DNA of 64,000 nucleotides from Vicugna vicugna (lineage: Eukaryota): assembly GCA_013265495.1 (NCBI GenBank), contig MU057521.1, positions 558,001 to 622,000 of the forward strand, in the 5' to 3' direction. How positions within the stretch are numbered: the stretch's first letter is position 1; each line of letters starts with the position of its first letter. The notes beneath the pieces were generated by a model. The model was given only the letters and a program-made list of their open reading frames with translations. It had not been told where the DNA came from and did no database searches. Shown piece by piece: positions 1 to 14,069 of the stretch. The translations under genes and the position numbers were made by a program.

Positions 1-343
1 TACACAGGACATCAGGCAGAAAGGAAATGCTAAGAGTACTCACAGGGTCCAATGATATAAATCATATAAAGTATTGAAAAAAAAAACAACAACAAACTTC
101 CTAAAAGTGAAACCTTATGCAGAAGCATCAAGGCTATATACCTGGTTTTTGAAAATGGGTGCAGCAGTGGAAGCGAGAAGGCTGACAGAATGAAGTCTCC
201 TGGATGGGTTTCATTTTACTTTGAGAAACAGGGAGAAGGCCACCCCAATGATTCCCTTTCAAGAGCCATTGTGGTGGGAAGCCGCCCCTCTCTGTGATCA
301 GAGCAGGAGAGACCCTTTGGAAGGCTATCGTGCACAGCCTCCT

Positions 344-344
<1 letters not shown>

Positions 345-377
<33 letters not shown>
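345..377. repeat. (CA)n microsatellite
   Basis: Uninterrupted ACAC run. Confidence 0.95.
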
Positions 378-379
<2 letters not shown>

Positions 380-381
<2 letters not shown>

Positions 382-2345
382 TCCTAAACAAAAAGACAAT
401 TCAAGAAAATTTAACTCATTCAATGAGTAATATAAAAGAAATTCCAACAGAATCAATATGAAAATACTGTAAGTAAAAAATGTGAGGGGAAAAAAGGTAA
501 ATTTTACTGTTAGATAAAGAATACTTAACCAGAACATCTAGTCCCAAAAAAGCAGATAAAAATAATAAATAAATAATTTGACAAGAATTAAAAAGATAAT
601 AACTCAACAAGGTAATCACCTGTGATGGGCTGAACTGCGTCTCCTCAGCCCAATTCATATCTAGAAGACCTAACCCCTAGTACCTAGTGTTGCTGTATCT
701 GGAGATAAGATCTTTAAAGAGGTAAAGCTAAATGAAGTCACTCAGGTGGGTCCCAATCTAGTATGACTGGTGTCCTTATAAGGACACAGACAACACAGAG
801 AAAAGACCACATGAAGACAGCAGTGGAAGATACCCATCTATAAGGCCAAGGGAAGAGGCCTCAGAAGAAGTCAACCCTACCGACACCTTGATCTCAGGTT
901 TCTAATGTCAAGAAGTATGAGGAAATAAATGTCTATTGTTTAAGTCACTCAGTCTCTGGCACATTGTTATGACAATACTAGCAAACTAAAACATCACCTC
1001 TATGAAGAAAGATCACAAAGCAGAAATGCAAAACTCAGGTAAAAGATGGTGAGATAACAGAAGAAATTAAAATGTGAGCTGGTAGAACTCAGAACTCACT
1101 AAAAGGGAGGGGAAAAGGCATCAATGGAATAACCAAAAATCACTGAACAAATAGACCCCCTGGACAACACTGTTAGGGACACAAAGGACAGAAATAATAC
1201 AGTGACAAATGCAGATGAAATAAGGGAAAAGTTTAAAAGGGTTTGAGGGAAAATGATTATGAAAATTAGCCAAAGCAAATCCAAAATATGCATAATTGGA
1301 GATGTTAAAGAATAATACTGAAACAATTCAACAGAATAACTGTTTAAGCCCCCACTTCACGAAGAGCTGCCTGAACCTCCATACCGAAGGGCCGATCATG
1401 TACCTGTCAGTGTGGGTCACAACAAGACACATCCTGGTTAAGTCACTGGAGTATAAAGATAAAGACAGGAACTTCAGGCAGCCAGGCAAAAAGATTAAGT
1501 TATTTACAAAGGGGATAGTCACAAAGTGGTGGTCTCCAAATTCTCAACAGAAACATACAACATCAGAAGTGGGGCAACATGAAAAGACAGTCAAGAAAAG
1601 AAAGTGTAAGTCAAGGACTGAGTAAGTACACACTTGTGGAAGCTTCAGGTGCAAAGATACAGACAAACATTTGAACATGTAAGTGTGCAAGGAGCATGAT
1701 ACTCATAGTTTCTTTTTGAGCACTATGCTGGAAAATCAGCTTTAACCAACCAAGAAATACCTAGGGAAGAAAAAGTCAAAAAGACTGGCAATGGGAATTG
1801 AACATATTTAACTGTAAAACTAAGAATAAAACAAATGTGAATATAAAAGTAATAAAGGAAACTGAAAATATCGTATCTCCCCACAATGCAGGAATCATAC
1901 AACTATTTAGAGAAGAAAGAGGTTAAAAGATGGGATATACAGGAAGATTATTATTTCACCTATACAGTTAACAGTCAAAGGATTTCATTTGATAATATCA
2001 GTAAAGTGATAAAATATAAGCATAAGTCAGCAATACAAATGTAAACACTAAGAAGATACTAATTATTACAACTGAATTGTGAAAAAGAGAGAAAGAAAAT
2101 GGAAAAGGAAACATGATTGTTCAGTGCAGAAGTAAATAAAATTAAAATTAAAATAAAGATCAAATACAATTTATGTGTCAAACCAGTCAATACAAATAAG
2201 CGTAATTCACTTACTAAAAAGAAGTGAAGAACTTCTTAACACTAGATCACAAAGAAACACCCACCTCTTGATTTTTATAAAAAGTAAATTAAAACAAAAT
2301 GAGACAGAAAGATTGAAAACAAAACAGCCGGTAAAAGTATACCAG
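380..2345 (+). mobile_element. HAL1 (half-L1) remnant, interrupted by an MLT1 LTR
   Basis: L1 ORF1-like TTRHILVKSLEYKDK at ~1420-1460; HAL1-like 3' segment (aacatatttaactgtaaaactaagaataaaacaaa); endonuclease-like tail LKQNETERLK. Confidence 0.75.
621..993 (+). mobile_element. MLT1A/B-type MaLR solo LTR
   Basis: TG...CA termini, MLT1 motifs, 5-bp TSD TCACC (616-620 and 994-998). Confidence 0.9.
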
Positions 2346-2600
2346 GAGAGACACTTCCACTGAGTCAGGGTAAAGAGGTCAGCAAATCATCTTCACAAAA
2401 ATAAAGTGCAAAACTGGTCAAAATTGTCCAAAACAACTCTTCCAGCTCTGGAAACAGACCTAAGGCAGATAAATTGTCCAAAACAACTCTTCCAGCTCTG
2501 GAAACAGACCTAAGGCAGAATACGCACTGAATCTTGAAGAACCACTAGAGCTTCAGCTAAGAACAGACCAAGGGCTACAACCTTGTTGTCTGGAGTTGGC
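2346..2600 (+). mobile_element. Old mammalian L1M 5'UTR fragment
   Basis: aaaactggtcaaaattgtccaaaacaac...ctctggaaa resembles L1M 5' end consensus as recalled. Confidence 0.5.
2421..2520. repeat. 50-bp tandem duplication (2 copies, 49/50 identical)
   Basis: 2421-2470 matches 2471-2520 except the last base. Confidence 0.95.
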
Positions 2601-4384
2601 CACACACCTAACCCTCAACTCAGTGGACAGCAGTGGCAGTCTTACCAGAGGAGGGGCTGCTGGAAAACAAGCCACCCCAAGGGAGCAGTCTTTATTTGGA
2701 TTGGGGATGAGGGGGAAGGGGTGTCACATGGCTTTCTCCCTAAAAGTGATGGTATCAGTAGGAAGCAATAGGGAAAAAGTACCCCTTTTCTAGCCTTAGG
2801 TTGTGGTCACAGATGGGGTGCGTGCAGAAAATGAGGGAGCATCTTAAGGGCCCTGGAAGCTCTCCACACAGCCCTGGATGGCAAGGCACATGCATGTGGT
2901 GGGGAAAGCCAGGTGAGCCCAGTGGAAAAACAAAACACCAAGACTTTCGGCCGCTTTCTTGCTGCCCCACTCCCCAGGCTGCTCCTCTCTCTCCCTTGAG
3001 CATTGCCGCTTCTGTAATTGTGTTCCTCTTTCCTTCAGCAACAAGCGTCATCCACTTCCCCAGGGGCTGCCTTCAGTTCTCACTTCACTTTTGCTTCCCT
3101 CATTCTTATTCTTTTCAAAGCACTCATAGTCTTGGCTAAACAGGATTGTCTTTAGGAAGTTCCCCACCCAGACTGTCCTAGTTTTGAGGATGGAATCCAG
3201 GTATAAATGTGCCAATTGAATTATGAGCAGAGAAGTAAGAGAAAATGGCTTTAGCCTAGAGGAACAGAAAACAGATCCAGAAATTCTGCAAGGATGGTCT
3301 TTGTACAGATTTAAGAGCTGGATTTATATGAACCCCAAAGTTATTTCCTAAATAGTTCTACAGATCATAACAAGTGCTCTAAAAATGAAGTAGCTGGTTT
3401 TTTCCACAGTAGAGCTGTAACTTCACAATATGGCTCTGGCTTCAGTGATTTATGTATTTAACCTGGAGCCTCAGTAAATATTTTCTGGGTGGTGAATGAA
3501 TGGGTGAACGCTTGCAGTTTTGACCAGGCAGATTACAGCAGTTGTCCTTTCATGGCAGTTGAAAGAGATAACAATGTCGTTTTGAATTATTCTGAGACTA
3601 CATCACTGAAATTATCAAAAGGGGAAGCCTCAAGCATGATGTGTCAAAGGATTCCATTGAAGAATTGGATCCACGGGCATTACGCACTTTATTGAGGACT
3701 TCTGCGTCACCTCTGGGTGTGGCTGAGGCTTAAAAATCAGAAAAGTGGAGGTCGGGGTGGTTCTAGTCCTCCTCCAGCCTCCCACTACAATTCACACGGA
3801 CAGCTTCCTCCTGGCCCTTCAAGTAAATGTGAGCCGCCTTATTCCTGAGCCTGCGGGGCTTGCCACTTTCCTCCTTTTTCCAGTTTTCTCTCCTCTGAAG
3901 CCTAGTTTACTTGTTTCAATGTAAAAGTCTGCACATTCTCTACCTTCTATCTCCTTTGGCTCTTTGCCCTGCTCTCAGTCAGTCAGTCAGTCAGTCATCT
4001 GTCATCCTAATGTGGTTTTCTTTTCATTATGTATTAACTACATTATTAGTCCAGAGCTATGGGTTCTCGTTTAGGCCTCCGGCAGCTAGTCCTTCCCAAG
4101 TAAGCCCTGGTGTGATTCCATGCTCAACAGGACTACTGGCAAGCAAGACATCCCCAGTTATAGTGAGAGAGTCATAACTGCACAGCACAGGGCCCCAGGT
4201 GCTGCACCATTCTGCATGTGAACATTCTGAGGAAAACACATACAGCTAAACAAAAAAATAAGAATGGATTATAAAGCCTCATGCGGGCAGTATAAAGCTT
4301 GACTTTTTAGGAAAACGTCTGTTGATAAAATATCTGTTGACAATAGACCCTGCGTTGGAAAACTTCAGTCTGCCAAAGATCTCT

Positions 4385-4575
4385 TTTTTTTTTCTAGTTA
4401 ACATCCATCACCATACATAGTTATAAAATGCTTTTTTTTTTGCAATCAGGACTTTTAAGATCTACTCTCCTAGCAACATTCAAATATGCAATACAGAATT
4501 ACTACCTGTGGTCATCATGTTGTACATCACATCCCCAATGAATGGAAGTTTGTACCTTTTAACCCCCTTCACCAA
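4385..4575 (-). mobile_element. L1MA-type 3' end fragment
   Basis: ttaagatctactctcctagcaacattcaaatatgcaataca...gtttgtaccttttaacc motif. Confidence 0.75.
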
Positions 4576-4649
4576 TGCACCCCAGGAAGATACAGCTGTG
4601 TAGTTCTCCAGTGTTAATAGAACATCCTATACTTAGACTTACGCAGAGC

Positions 4650-4830
4650 GGCAGGTTGTACAGTGGGCAAGCATGCACGCTCTAGACCCACAACTTGTGT
4701 TGGAATCCTAGTTCTGCCACTTACCTGGTGAAGTTACTTAATTCTTTGTGCCTCAGTTTGTCCAGCCATAAAACTGAGATAATAATAGCACCTACTAACA
4801 AGTGTTTCTGTGCCATGTAAATGAACTATA
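4650..4830 (+). mobile_element. MIR SINE (L2 3' tail follows at ~4875-4970, minus strand)
   Basis: MIR core gaatcctagttctgccacttac...gcctcagttt. Confidence 0.8.
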
Positions 4831-7800
4831 TACATGGACAGCAGTCAGCATTCAAAAGGTACAGGAATCTGATTTTGTTTAGCAAACATTTATTAAGTAC
4901 GTACTACAGAGCAGGCCCTATGTGTTAGGAAGAGGAAATATGATAATAAACAAGACACAATGTCTGTTCTCCAAAATCTGGTTGGCTAATGGCTCCACAG
5001 GAGACCACTCCCACGTATTCAAATTTCTAAATAACTGGCAATGTCACAAACTCTATGACTATTCTTTAGGGCACTCCGACCGTGAGAAGGATGAGCTGAG
5101 ATTTCACAGAAAAATCTAAAAAGCAAATGAGAAAATTGCAATTATTATTTAGGGCCATTAATGAACTACATAATATTTCATTTAGGACAAAATGGTTTTC
5201 ACCTGAGTCACCTGGAGAGATTTCTAAGTCTCTGCTTCCTGAGGCACCTATGAGCCGAGCTCAGCGACTGAAATGCTCCATCTCTGCTGTCAAGCTCTCA
5301 TTGCACCTAAACTTGTAAGCAACAGAATATGATTGATATGTCAACCCAAAATCTGTACAGTTACTAAAAAAACAGAGGTAAAATTTTACATTTTCTCAAT
5401 GCGAGAAAGCTCTAGATTCAGACACAGATCTCTGACTAACATAGTTACAGAAAGAAACTTGCTAAGTTAAATTAGAGAGCATGACATGACTGACACCTTT
5501 GAATCCAGCACTTCCCTCCTTGAAATGACAAAACTGTAATTATAAAAATGAAAATGACTCAAATCCACTTAGCTTTGGGGATTGGTTTACAGATTACTTC
5601 ATAAAAGGCATACCAAATGATTACAGCAACTGAAGCTGCGGCAAGGTAATATTAAATAGTCCTCCCACCTGAAATTGCCAAAGAAGCTGTAAGAAATATT
5701 GACCCTTTTCCATCTCTTTCAAATGTAATAATGTTCAAATTTGCTAAATTGGCCATAAACGTTAGTATCGGAGAACCAGGTTAAAGGGAACACAAAGTTT
5801 TGTTCCTCAGCTCTTTCTCTCTGCCTGTGGAACAAATAAATTTGATATATGAGATGTTAAAATGCTGCTTTCATGGGAACCCACCTGTAAAAGCACAATC
5901 CTTCTATAGGACCAAGTCAGTAGGATGCTGTGACTGTGTGATGCTGCCAGTTCCAACCAGCTTAAGAATTCCCTATGGAAATTCAGACAGCAGTAGAAAT
6001 AGTCTACAGCCTAAAGGGAGAGTGTGGTGCCCTTGGGAGCAGAAAAGAAGGTGCACTTATTTCTCCAAGACAAAGGATGGGAATCAAGAGAAACACTCAA
6101 GGAGAAGGAGGATGAAGGAGGGAAACTGGCCCTTCGCTCCCCACCTAAACACTCGGGGAACTGCGGAAGCCGGCTAGCCCTCCAGTTCTGTCACCAGAGC
6201 AGAACGCAGCATCAGGGTTCCTGAGCAAACACGCCACGGACCCTCTGGAATCTGTGCATATTTGAACACAGAGACACAGGGTCCCCTTGTCTGGGGAATT
6301 TTGAAGGGAAGTAACAACCCGTCACAACAAAACAGAAGCTGCATGCCCGACATGCCAGTGTGCTGTGTACAGTACATTACTACTTGCATTTTCATGGGTG
6401 GAAAGCTATTAAACAGAATAGAAAAACAATGAATTTCTAATGAGAATTAAGTAGTAGGCTTCATGTAGTGGGTCCAAATTCCCCTGGGGAGCAGCCCAAC
6501 CCTGAGGGGAGGAAGGCACTGGGAGGCCTCATGGCACGTTCGAACTACATCACATCTAGGTGTGACCACCACTTGTCCAGCCCTAGCAAGAGAGACCCCA
6601 CATTTTTGGATACAAAACACTAACAGCACTCAGGCCATTAGTACACGATGGCAGCAATGTGTATTCTGCATTGAACAAAAATATAGCTCATGAGTCAGAA
6701 AGTGTTTTAAGGGAGAGAGGTGCCAGTCTAGACATCATAGGACAAGCCGAATTCACTTTTAATGAGGAGCAGTATTCAGAGGAAAAGGATGGATGTTTTA
6801 AGCAGAATAAGCACACTAGAGGGAATTGTCTCGAGAGGAAGGCAAGAGTTGGGAGTCAGCCTGAAGATGACAAGGCTTTTGTGATGGGTTTCAGGCTAAC
6901 TCAGAAAATAATGCTGCAGAATGCTAGGACCCAACACTGAGAAAGTGCTTATATCCTGACCCGCCAGCATCTCTTGACTATTTCAATACAGACTGAGGCT
7001 GAAGTAGCCATGAGACAGTGGCCCTCCATCCAGCCGCAGAGCTTTAAAGGGTACACTTATGAGATCTTACGGATCTCCAAACCTAGGGACGTTCTCTGGG
7101 CAACTGTAATTTACACGGAAGCACACTGACCACTCTCACCCCAAGAATGGATCAGAATAAGATATACCCTCCTGTACCTTAACAGGGACAGGAACTGTTC
7201 TGAGTAACACTCATATCCTCTCCATAGGAGGGAGGAGTTGAGCTCGCTATACAAGAGCACAAAATGGAAAACTATCTCAATACAATACTTTGAGCTGGCC
7301 TTGTCCCCAGCTGACTTGGAACCCAGAAGTAAGCAAATAGTGGCCAGTTTTAATGATTCTTGTGCACAATAATATCTGGTATATGGGCAAGGGCCAATCT
7401 GTTGGGAAGACATGGAAAATACCTCTGTAATTCTTACTGATCTGTTCTGTAATAAAACTAAATTGTACCGTGACTACATTGCAATATGGTACAAAGCTGG
7501 CATCATCAGTGAGATTCAACTGCCTTATGGAAATAAGTTACATAATAATACTCATATTGATGATCAAATGTATTGAAGGATGGAGTTAAAACCTCTTTGG
7601 TATGTACCACTGATGAAAAATGACTGGCCTGAGAAAGAACTGGATTTAGCTAAGACTCAGCTAATTCCTTTGCTAGTTCTACACAAGTTTATTACAAGGT
7701 ACAAGTAACCAAATTAGTACAAATATATGAAAACATATGTCATGCCTACACAGGATGAATTGGTTTCTTTAAGTTTATCCCTACCCACACTGGATCCTCC

Positions 7801-7924
7801 AAATGTTAAGTATATTTATGCTAACCCACTATTGCTGTATCTGTTACGTAAATGCTATATTAAATGTAGACGCTCAGAAAAATGCAAGCACTTTATGAAT
7901 AGATCCTAGGCCAAGGACTAGGGG

Positions 7925-8490
7925 TGTGGGCTTTTTGGGAAAGAGAGAACTTAGCAAGCCTGGGTACGCAAATCTTGCACATTCCCAAGAAAAGCCTACT
8001 TCATAATTGGCCCTTGGAACGTTCTGCCTGATGAGAATGCTTTTGTCTGCCTGAAACCTTGTTTCAGGCAGACACCCAGTACCAGTTTGATCAGATAGTT
8101 GGTGCTAATAATGTGCTTTATGGTAAGTGTCTGCTTTTGTTCTGGGAGGCTAGAGTCCAAGTAGTTGAGTTCAGTCATGCCTACATACTAAACCCCGACA
8201 AAAACTCTGGACACGAAGGCTCAGGTGAGCTTCCCTCATGGGTGCACTTTCTAGGTGTTATCACATATCACTGCTGGGAGAATTAAGCACATCCATATGA
8301 TTCCCCTGGGAGAGGACACCTGGGAGCTTGCACATGGTTTCCTCTGGATTTTGCCCCAGATGCCTTTTCTTTCTGCTTATTTTAATCTGCCTCCTTCCCC
8401 TGTAATAAACTATAACTGTGAGTGTAAGTGGTTATTTTGATCTCTGTAACTCCTAGTGAAGCATGAGGCTTGAGAGTGATCTGTTCTACC
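7925..8490 (+). mobile_element. MER77/MER21-group ERVL LTR
   Basis: ggctcaggtgagcttccct, tgctgggagaattaagcac and ctgtaataaactataactgtgag motifs. Confidence 0.8.
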
Positions 8491-10785
8491 CTATGGAGTA
8501 ACCAGGGAAGGAAGGCTACACAGAGGAGGTAGAAGGTGAGCTGAGATTTGAAAGATGGGTAGAAACCCTAAGGAAGAATAGATAATTCAAGATAAGAGGG
8601 AGGTCGGACATGTAGAAGAAAGTCCTCTACTGCAATTAAGAATCTCCAAAGGGAATAAAAAGAATTTCATTTTATCTAGAAAGTCTTTGGGCGGCCTTAC
8701 GGCTCCCTAGAACTCTCTTTATGGCTACTTTCTAACCCTGGGAACAAATAATACAAAACTGCATTTTTTATTTTCTAAACTATGTCCTGTAAGTTTGGAA
8801 GCTCATCACGAACAATTCTTCAGTTCATTCATCCTCCCTAAAACAGCACTGAAACTTGTTTCTATTTTGAATGTTGATAAGTTGTGAATTTTGTCTTCCA
8901 TGGAACCTTGTTCTTTTATTTTTACAGATAAAACCCACAAACACAGGCCTCTGTTGACTGTCACTTTTTTTTGAGAAAATTCACAAATTGTGCCACATGA
9001 TAGAACATGTACTATAAAAAGTTATTCCACATCAGCTGTCACCAAAAGCATCTGAATTCCTTTTGTTTGGTCAAGGCTTTCTGCCAAGCAGCTAAAAATG
9101 TCCTACCATGGACATTTGATTTCCTAATAAAGCTTCTAGTTCATATCTGTGTAAAGGTTTTATAAATTATTTGCATTATCACATCCAAATTTGCCTGATG
9201 CTCTAATCATACCAAGTTCTGCATCACAAAAAAAAAGTCCTCCTTTGGGTATTTCTTATCACCTCTGCTATTAGTCTTTTCTCTGACTGCCTCCTAGTTT
9301 GAAAAAATTATTTCTTGGCTCTCTAGCTCCCAAATCTAATACTTGGAGCTGTCAAAATGAAGATCTTTCAGAGATATTTCAGAAGTTTTTTTTTCTCTAA
9401 AACATCTGGCTAACTTCCCATAGAAGTTTTTTTTCCTGCATTATATATGGAAAAATATAAAACAGGAGTGAAGGGGGAAAGTAACTCTATAGTAGGTAAT
9501 CAATAGAAGAGGATTTCTCTTGAGATGGTGCTGAGCTCAACTTATTCCTCTGATTTGCTACCTATTTAATATGTACTTTTCAAGGACCTAACGGTTCTCT
9601 TGAGTTTATACAAATAGCAGGACTTGGAGGAACATAAGCCAGCTGGCTAAACAACAGACTGGAAACTCCTGAGCTATTAGTTCCCATTCTGGTATGAGAA
9701 ATATTATGATCTGGTCCAAGTCCAATAGCCTCCTTCTGCTTTTGTGTCCCCAGGTGTGAGACAGTGCCAGGAGAACCACCCTGTCTCACCGGCTTGCTTG
9801 AAAGACGATTAACAAGAGAAATTTCAGTGTCCTTCCAGTGTAAAGCCTTATACCGATGCTAAGTAAAAACACATGAATGATTTTAAAATATCAGGGGGAA
9901 AGTGTGCTATGGTAGAGACGATAACAGCCTCTCACATTTTGCGTTCACACTGGCAAGAATGATAACGTTAGCACATAGTCTTTGTGAAAGTAATAACAGT
10001 TGGCCAAGGGCCCGTCTTGAATTGTCAAGCAAAGGAGGACGTCTTGGGCACTTCTGAAGCTGGCACTCCACTGTACTCTATGTCATGTATCTCCATGTCC
10101 AAGCCCAGGAGATACACTGAATTTATGGATGAATTAGTTGAAATGGAGTAAATTTTACCTGAGATTTTGTCTAATTGTGTGATTTCTGTTCTTAAGGCAC
10201 CTGGTACCTGACAGATTCTAATTTTAATATTTTAAAATCATTAGTAAGATTGTGCTAAACTTTAATTTCAATTGCCTTTAATCACTTGGTATAATCTGTC
10301 TCAACAAATTTTCTATTTTTAATAATTTTTGACTCTAAGAAATGAGTGAGAAGTAGTTTCTTTGCCCAACATTTATCCAGAGCTTCCTTCATGAGGAAGA
10401 TAACAAATCTGAAATTAAACAAGCATAAAGAACAACAGAAAACAGCAGTCTGCCTCAAAAAAAACAAAAAACCAAAAACAAAAACAAAAACCAAAAAACC
10501 AAAAAACCCTATTGAAGATCTAGGATCAGATAATCTCTGAAAAAGTCAAATTCTTCTTTAGTGCCTCCTTCATGGTTTCTGAAACTTACAAGTTCAGAAG
10601 GCATTTGATTCTGGGCTGTATCTGTATGGAACACACTGTGAACGGTGCTCCTTTCAGTTGCGTGAGAGTCCCTGCAGTGATTCCATTCCACTCAACACCC
10701 AGTCTCCAAACTGCATCACACAGGGATTCAGCTTTAGTAAAAGATCATGCTAACAATGTGAGTGCAAAAAAAAAAAAAAAAAAAA

Positions 10786-10912
10786 NNNNNNNNNNNNNNN
10801 NNNNNNNNNNNNNNNNNNNNNNNNNNNNNNNNNNNNNNNNNNNNNNNNNNNNNNNNNNNNNNNNNNNNNNNNNNNNNNNNNNNNNNNNNNNNNNNNNNNN
10901 NNNNNNNNNNNN
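10786..10912. other. Assembly gap (127 N) inside a poly(A) tract (10766-10931)
   Basis: N run flanked by A runs. Confidence 0.99.
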
Positions 10913-11420
10913 AAAAAAAAAAAAAAAAAAAGAGCAAAATGCCGCTGCACACTTTCAGCTCTCTCTGTAGCCCCCCTTCCTCCAGCAGAGAGGATCTTGT
11001 TCATTCATCATTCACAACCCACAGCCATGATTCCACAAAGTCAATACACATTCCCAACCCAAAAGGGAAAAAAGGGGAAACTGAATTCCCTCTAGTTTGT
11101 ACACAGACACACACACACATAGTACAAACGTATTTGTTTAAACATGAATATATATATAATAATATATATAATAGGAATATAATAAGAATATATATATATA
11201 AATAGGAATCCAAATTTAGTAAGAGAAGCAAGAGTCTCAGGTGAAAGTTTAACTATTCCATTTCTGTTGAGGTTGGGGTACAGGAAGGATCCTACCAGGA
11301 AGAGAAGAGTAGCAAGAGAAAAAAGGGAGGCAGTTAGCAGGAGGTCTGTGAGCTCTTCAGCCTGGGAATAACACATCTGCCCAGAAAAGTCGGATTATAC
11401 CCAAAAGCACAATTTAGCGC

Positions 11421-11836
11421 TGTAACAGAGTCCGATTCATTTTTGACATTTGGCTGGAGACAGCTTTCAAGTTCCACCAGCCCCTCTCCCCACTTCTGCT
11501 CTGCATCTAGGTAACCTGGAAAGCCTGGGTGTTCCCTCTTTGGTGCCAGCAAGAAGTTCAAACATGCAAGCCTCAGCCCACGTCAGGGAACCTTCACCTC
11601 AAACCCAGCCCTAACGACAATTAAAGCCAAGCCCATCTCCTTGCCTGGCTCTCTCACCTCATTTTCAGACCTGCTTGCAACCTCCCTTGCTCTCCCCAGA
11701 AAGCTTCAGTGTGTGAGCCATAAACCTTTCCATATCCTCTTGGGGCACGTGTGGTATCATCAGCTTCAACATCCGAACCAAATTTGGGGGTGAAGGGAAG
11801 AGTACACCTTGTCTCTGTGGGGGTCCAGAACAAACA
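11421..11836 (+). mobile_element. ERVL-class solo LTR (LTR47/MER54-like)
   Basis: TGTAAC...AACA termini; tgtaacagagtccgattcatttttga start; family name from memory. Confidence 0.7.
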
Positions 11837-12899
11837 TCATTCAAGCTAAGCATGGTCGTTATTAGTTGGGTGGACCATTAACTAGGATTCGAGTCATTTC
11901 TACTTCCACTACTCAGCTCAGCATGTTTATGTGTCAGGGAAAAACTCCTAACAGATATCATCATCCATGTAAAAGTGGTTGTGATTCTTTTATCAGAAGT
12001 GACTCTGGGAATAAGGGCTCTCATTTGTCTATAGGGATGTCACAAGTCCCCCAGTTCAAGCCTCCACTCAGATCTCTAGAGAACACTGGACAGCCCAGCA
12101 TTTTGATACCAAATCCCTACACTGTAAATAATGCATAAAATGAAAGATGTGGTTAAACAAAATTTAAAACTAATAAGTATTGTTTCATATCATTCCACAT
12201 CACAACCTATCATGTGGTATTTTCTATACCAATTATTAAATTACTTCCAAAGAATAGATGGGCCTTGAGTAAATACAGATTATTTAAGCTACGGAAAATC
12301 AAGGAAAATGGGCGTTTACAAAAATCTCAGTTTTTATCTTAATAAAAGCAGAACAAATTGAAAGAGGCTCAACAGGAGATACTTATGAGACCTACAGTAG
12401 TGCTTCCTGAGCCTCCAGCTAAGAGTGTTTACAAAGACAGGAGAATAAAAGGCAGAAAAATTGGAAGGGCTGACCCCAGTACTGTCCCCTGCTGGTGGAG
12501 GGTAGAATTGCATGCTACCTGCCTTTTTTGAAAACCTGAGGCAATGGTGGTATTGAGTACATAAATCAGGATAGCAGCAAATAGCTTCCGGAGTCAGGAG
12601 CATCATACAACTTTAGATACTGAAAGTGCCTCCTAGATCTGAACACTGTATAATTAGAAGTTCGTTGTGACAATGTCCATCTTTCCTACATCCTACATCA
12701 ATCTCTTGAGAAGCCATGATAATTCAAGTCATAAGGGAAGTTTGGCTTGTACAACTTCTTTTTATTACCTTTTCATTTGTCTTCTTGAATATCTGTGCGT
12801 GTTTGCAACAAGAAGATGTTGTATGTTTGTTAAAGAGAACTAAAAACAGTAAGTATAAGTTTAAGAGCATCGGTTTAGTCTAGTCATGAGAAAGGACTA

Positions 12900-13085
12900 T
12901 CTAATTAGAGCTGCTCTATGAGGAAATGAGATTTCTCAACAAAGGCCTGAGCCTCCGATACCTGGAAATGCTCAAGTAGAAGCCATCTGCCTTGTTGCAG
13001 TTTATAAACAGTATTTCTGCATTGGGAGAAAGATTGGAATACCTGATTTGTAAGGTCACCTTCCACTTTCAAAACATGATGATTG
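12900..13085 (+). mobile_element. L3/MIR3 3' remnant
   Basis: ctggaaatgctcaag...taaggtcaccttcca CR1-like tail. Confidence 0.55.
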
Positions 13086-13490
13086 ATTGATCATGTGGAC
13101 AGAAAAAAACAAGCTGTGAACCTGAAAGTGATATTGTCTTCTTAAAACTTTTTAAAAATTTCTTTTCCAAAATGACGTTTCTAAGGAATGTGATACTGAT
13201 GGTCCCCTAAAGGAAAGTAAAGACAACTAGCCAACCTTGATTTCTCCTCTTTAATACATAACTTCTGATTAAGGGCTGGGGGTGGAGGGATGGTAGGGAA
13301 AACAATGTAGTTAATAAACCTTATAGCACAGCCAGTACCATTAATCCACCAACAGCTACATACTTAGTAGCTATTATGCTGCAGGCATGGCAGGAGATAA
13401 AAGATGTATCAATACAAGGTCCCTGGCTTCAATGTCCTAGAAATGTGTGGACAAACCAGACATTAAAAAGTAAATGATTATAAATAAATA

Positions 13491-13706
13491 AAGAGGTTGC
13501 AAACTAATTGCCAGGGACTAGATTCAACCTGCATGCCTCATTTGGTCAACATACTGCTTTTAAAATTTTTAAATTAGAATGCAATTAGGAAGCATATGCA
13601 CCTTTCCAATCAACATGTCACCACTCTGCATCATATTATTCAGGCCCAATTCACACATTTACATCAAATTCCTGACCCCTAAAGGCAGTTGCATTTTTGA
13701 CTTCCT
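13491..13706 (+). mobile_element. MER102-like hAT-Charlie element
   Basis: aggttgcaaact start and ggcccaattcacacatttac...gacccctaaaggca end. Confidence 0.6.
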
Positions 13707-14069
13707 AATCAACAATATAAATGATTTTAAGCAGCGATGTCATAAGGTGGTATGTATACGGCAATGTTTCAGACAAGAAATACTAGAGGGATTTAGAGGA
13801 GGAGAAGATCAGTGTGGGCTGTCTTCCCCAAGACTCCGTGGAGAAGGGAAAATTTAACCTGAGTTTTAAAAAACAGAAAGGACTTCGGCAGAAAGAAGAG
13901 GAGGAGCCATCCCAGACATGAGAATGAATGGCAGGAGTAAAAGCCAGAGGTGGAGGAGTATGAACCGTAACTGGGAAGATGTGTTGAGAACAATGGAGAG
14001 CAGAAGAAAGAGGTGAGAGTGAGAAGCAAGATCTGATCAAATTGCTGAAGGATTTGAAAGCCAAATCAG

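Larger units (their letters stand above)
2700..10430 (-). mobile_element. Ancient L1-like LINE, copy A (5' region plus start of endonuclease)
   Basis: Colinear DNA similarity to 18.1-27.9 kb: 3370-3420~18500-18549; 5510-5560~21301-21350; 5941-5965~21951-21974; 6191-6200=22110-22119; 7620-7785~25690-25812; 8760-8870~26243-26450; 9170-9290~26720-26830; 9660-9805~27117-27225. Confidence 0.7.

Noticed and set aside
10766..10931. Poly(A) tail of the ancient LINE
   Set aside because: Wrong strand for a minus-strand element and absent from the homologous segments at 23.6 and 30.0 kb; contains an assembly gap.
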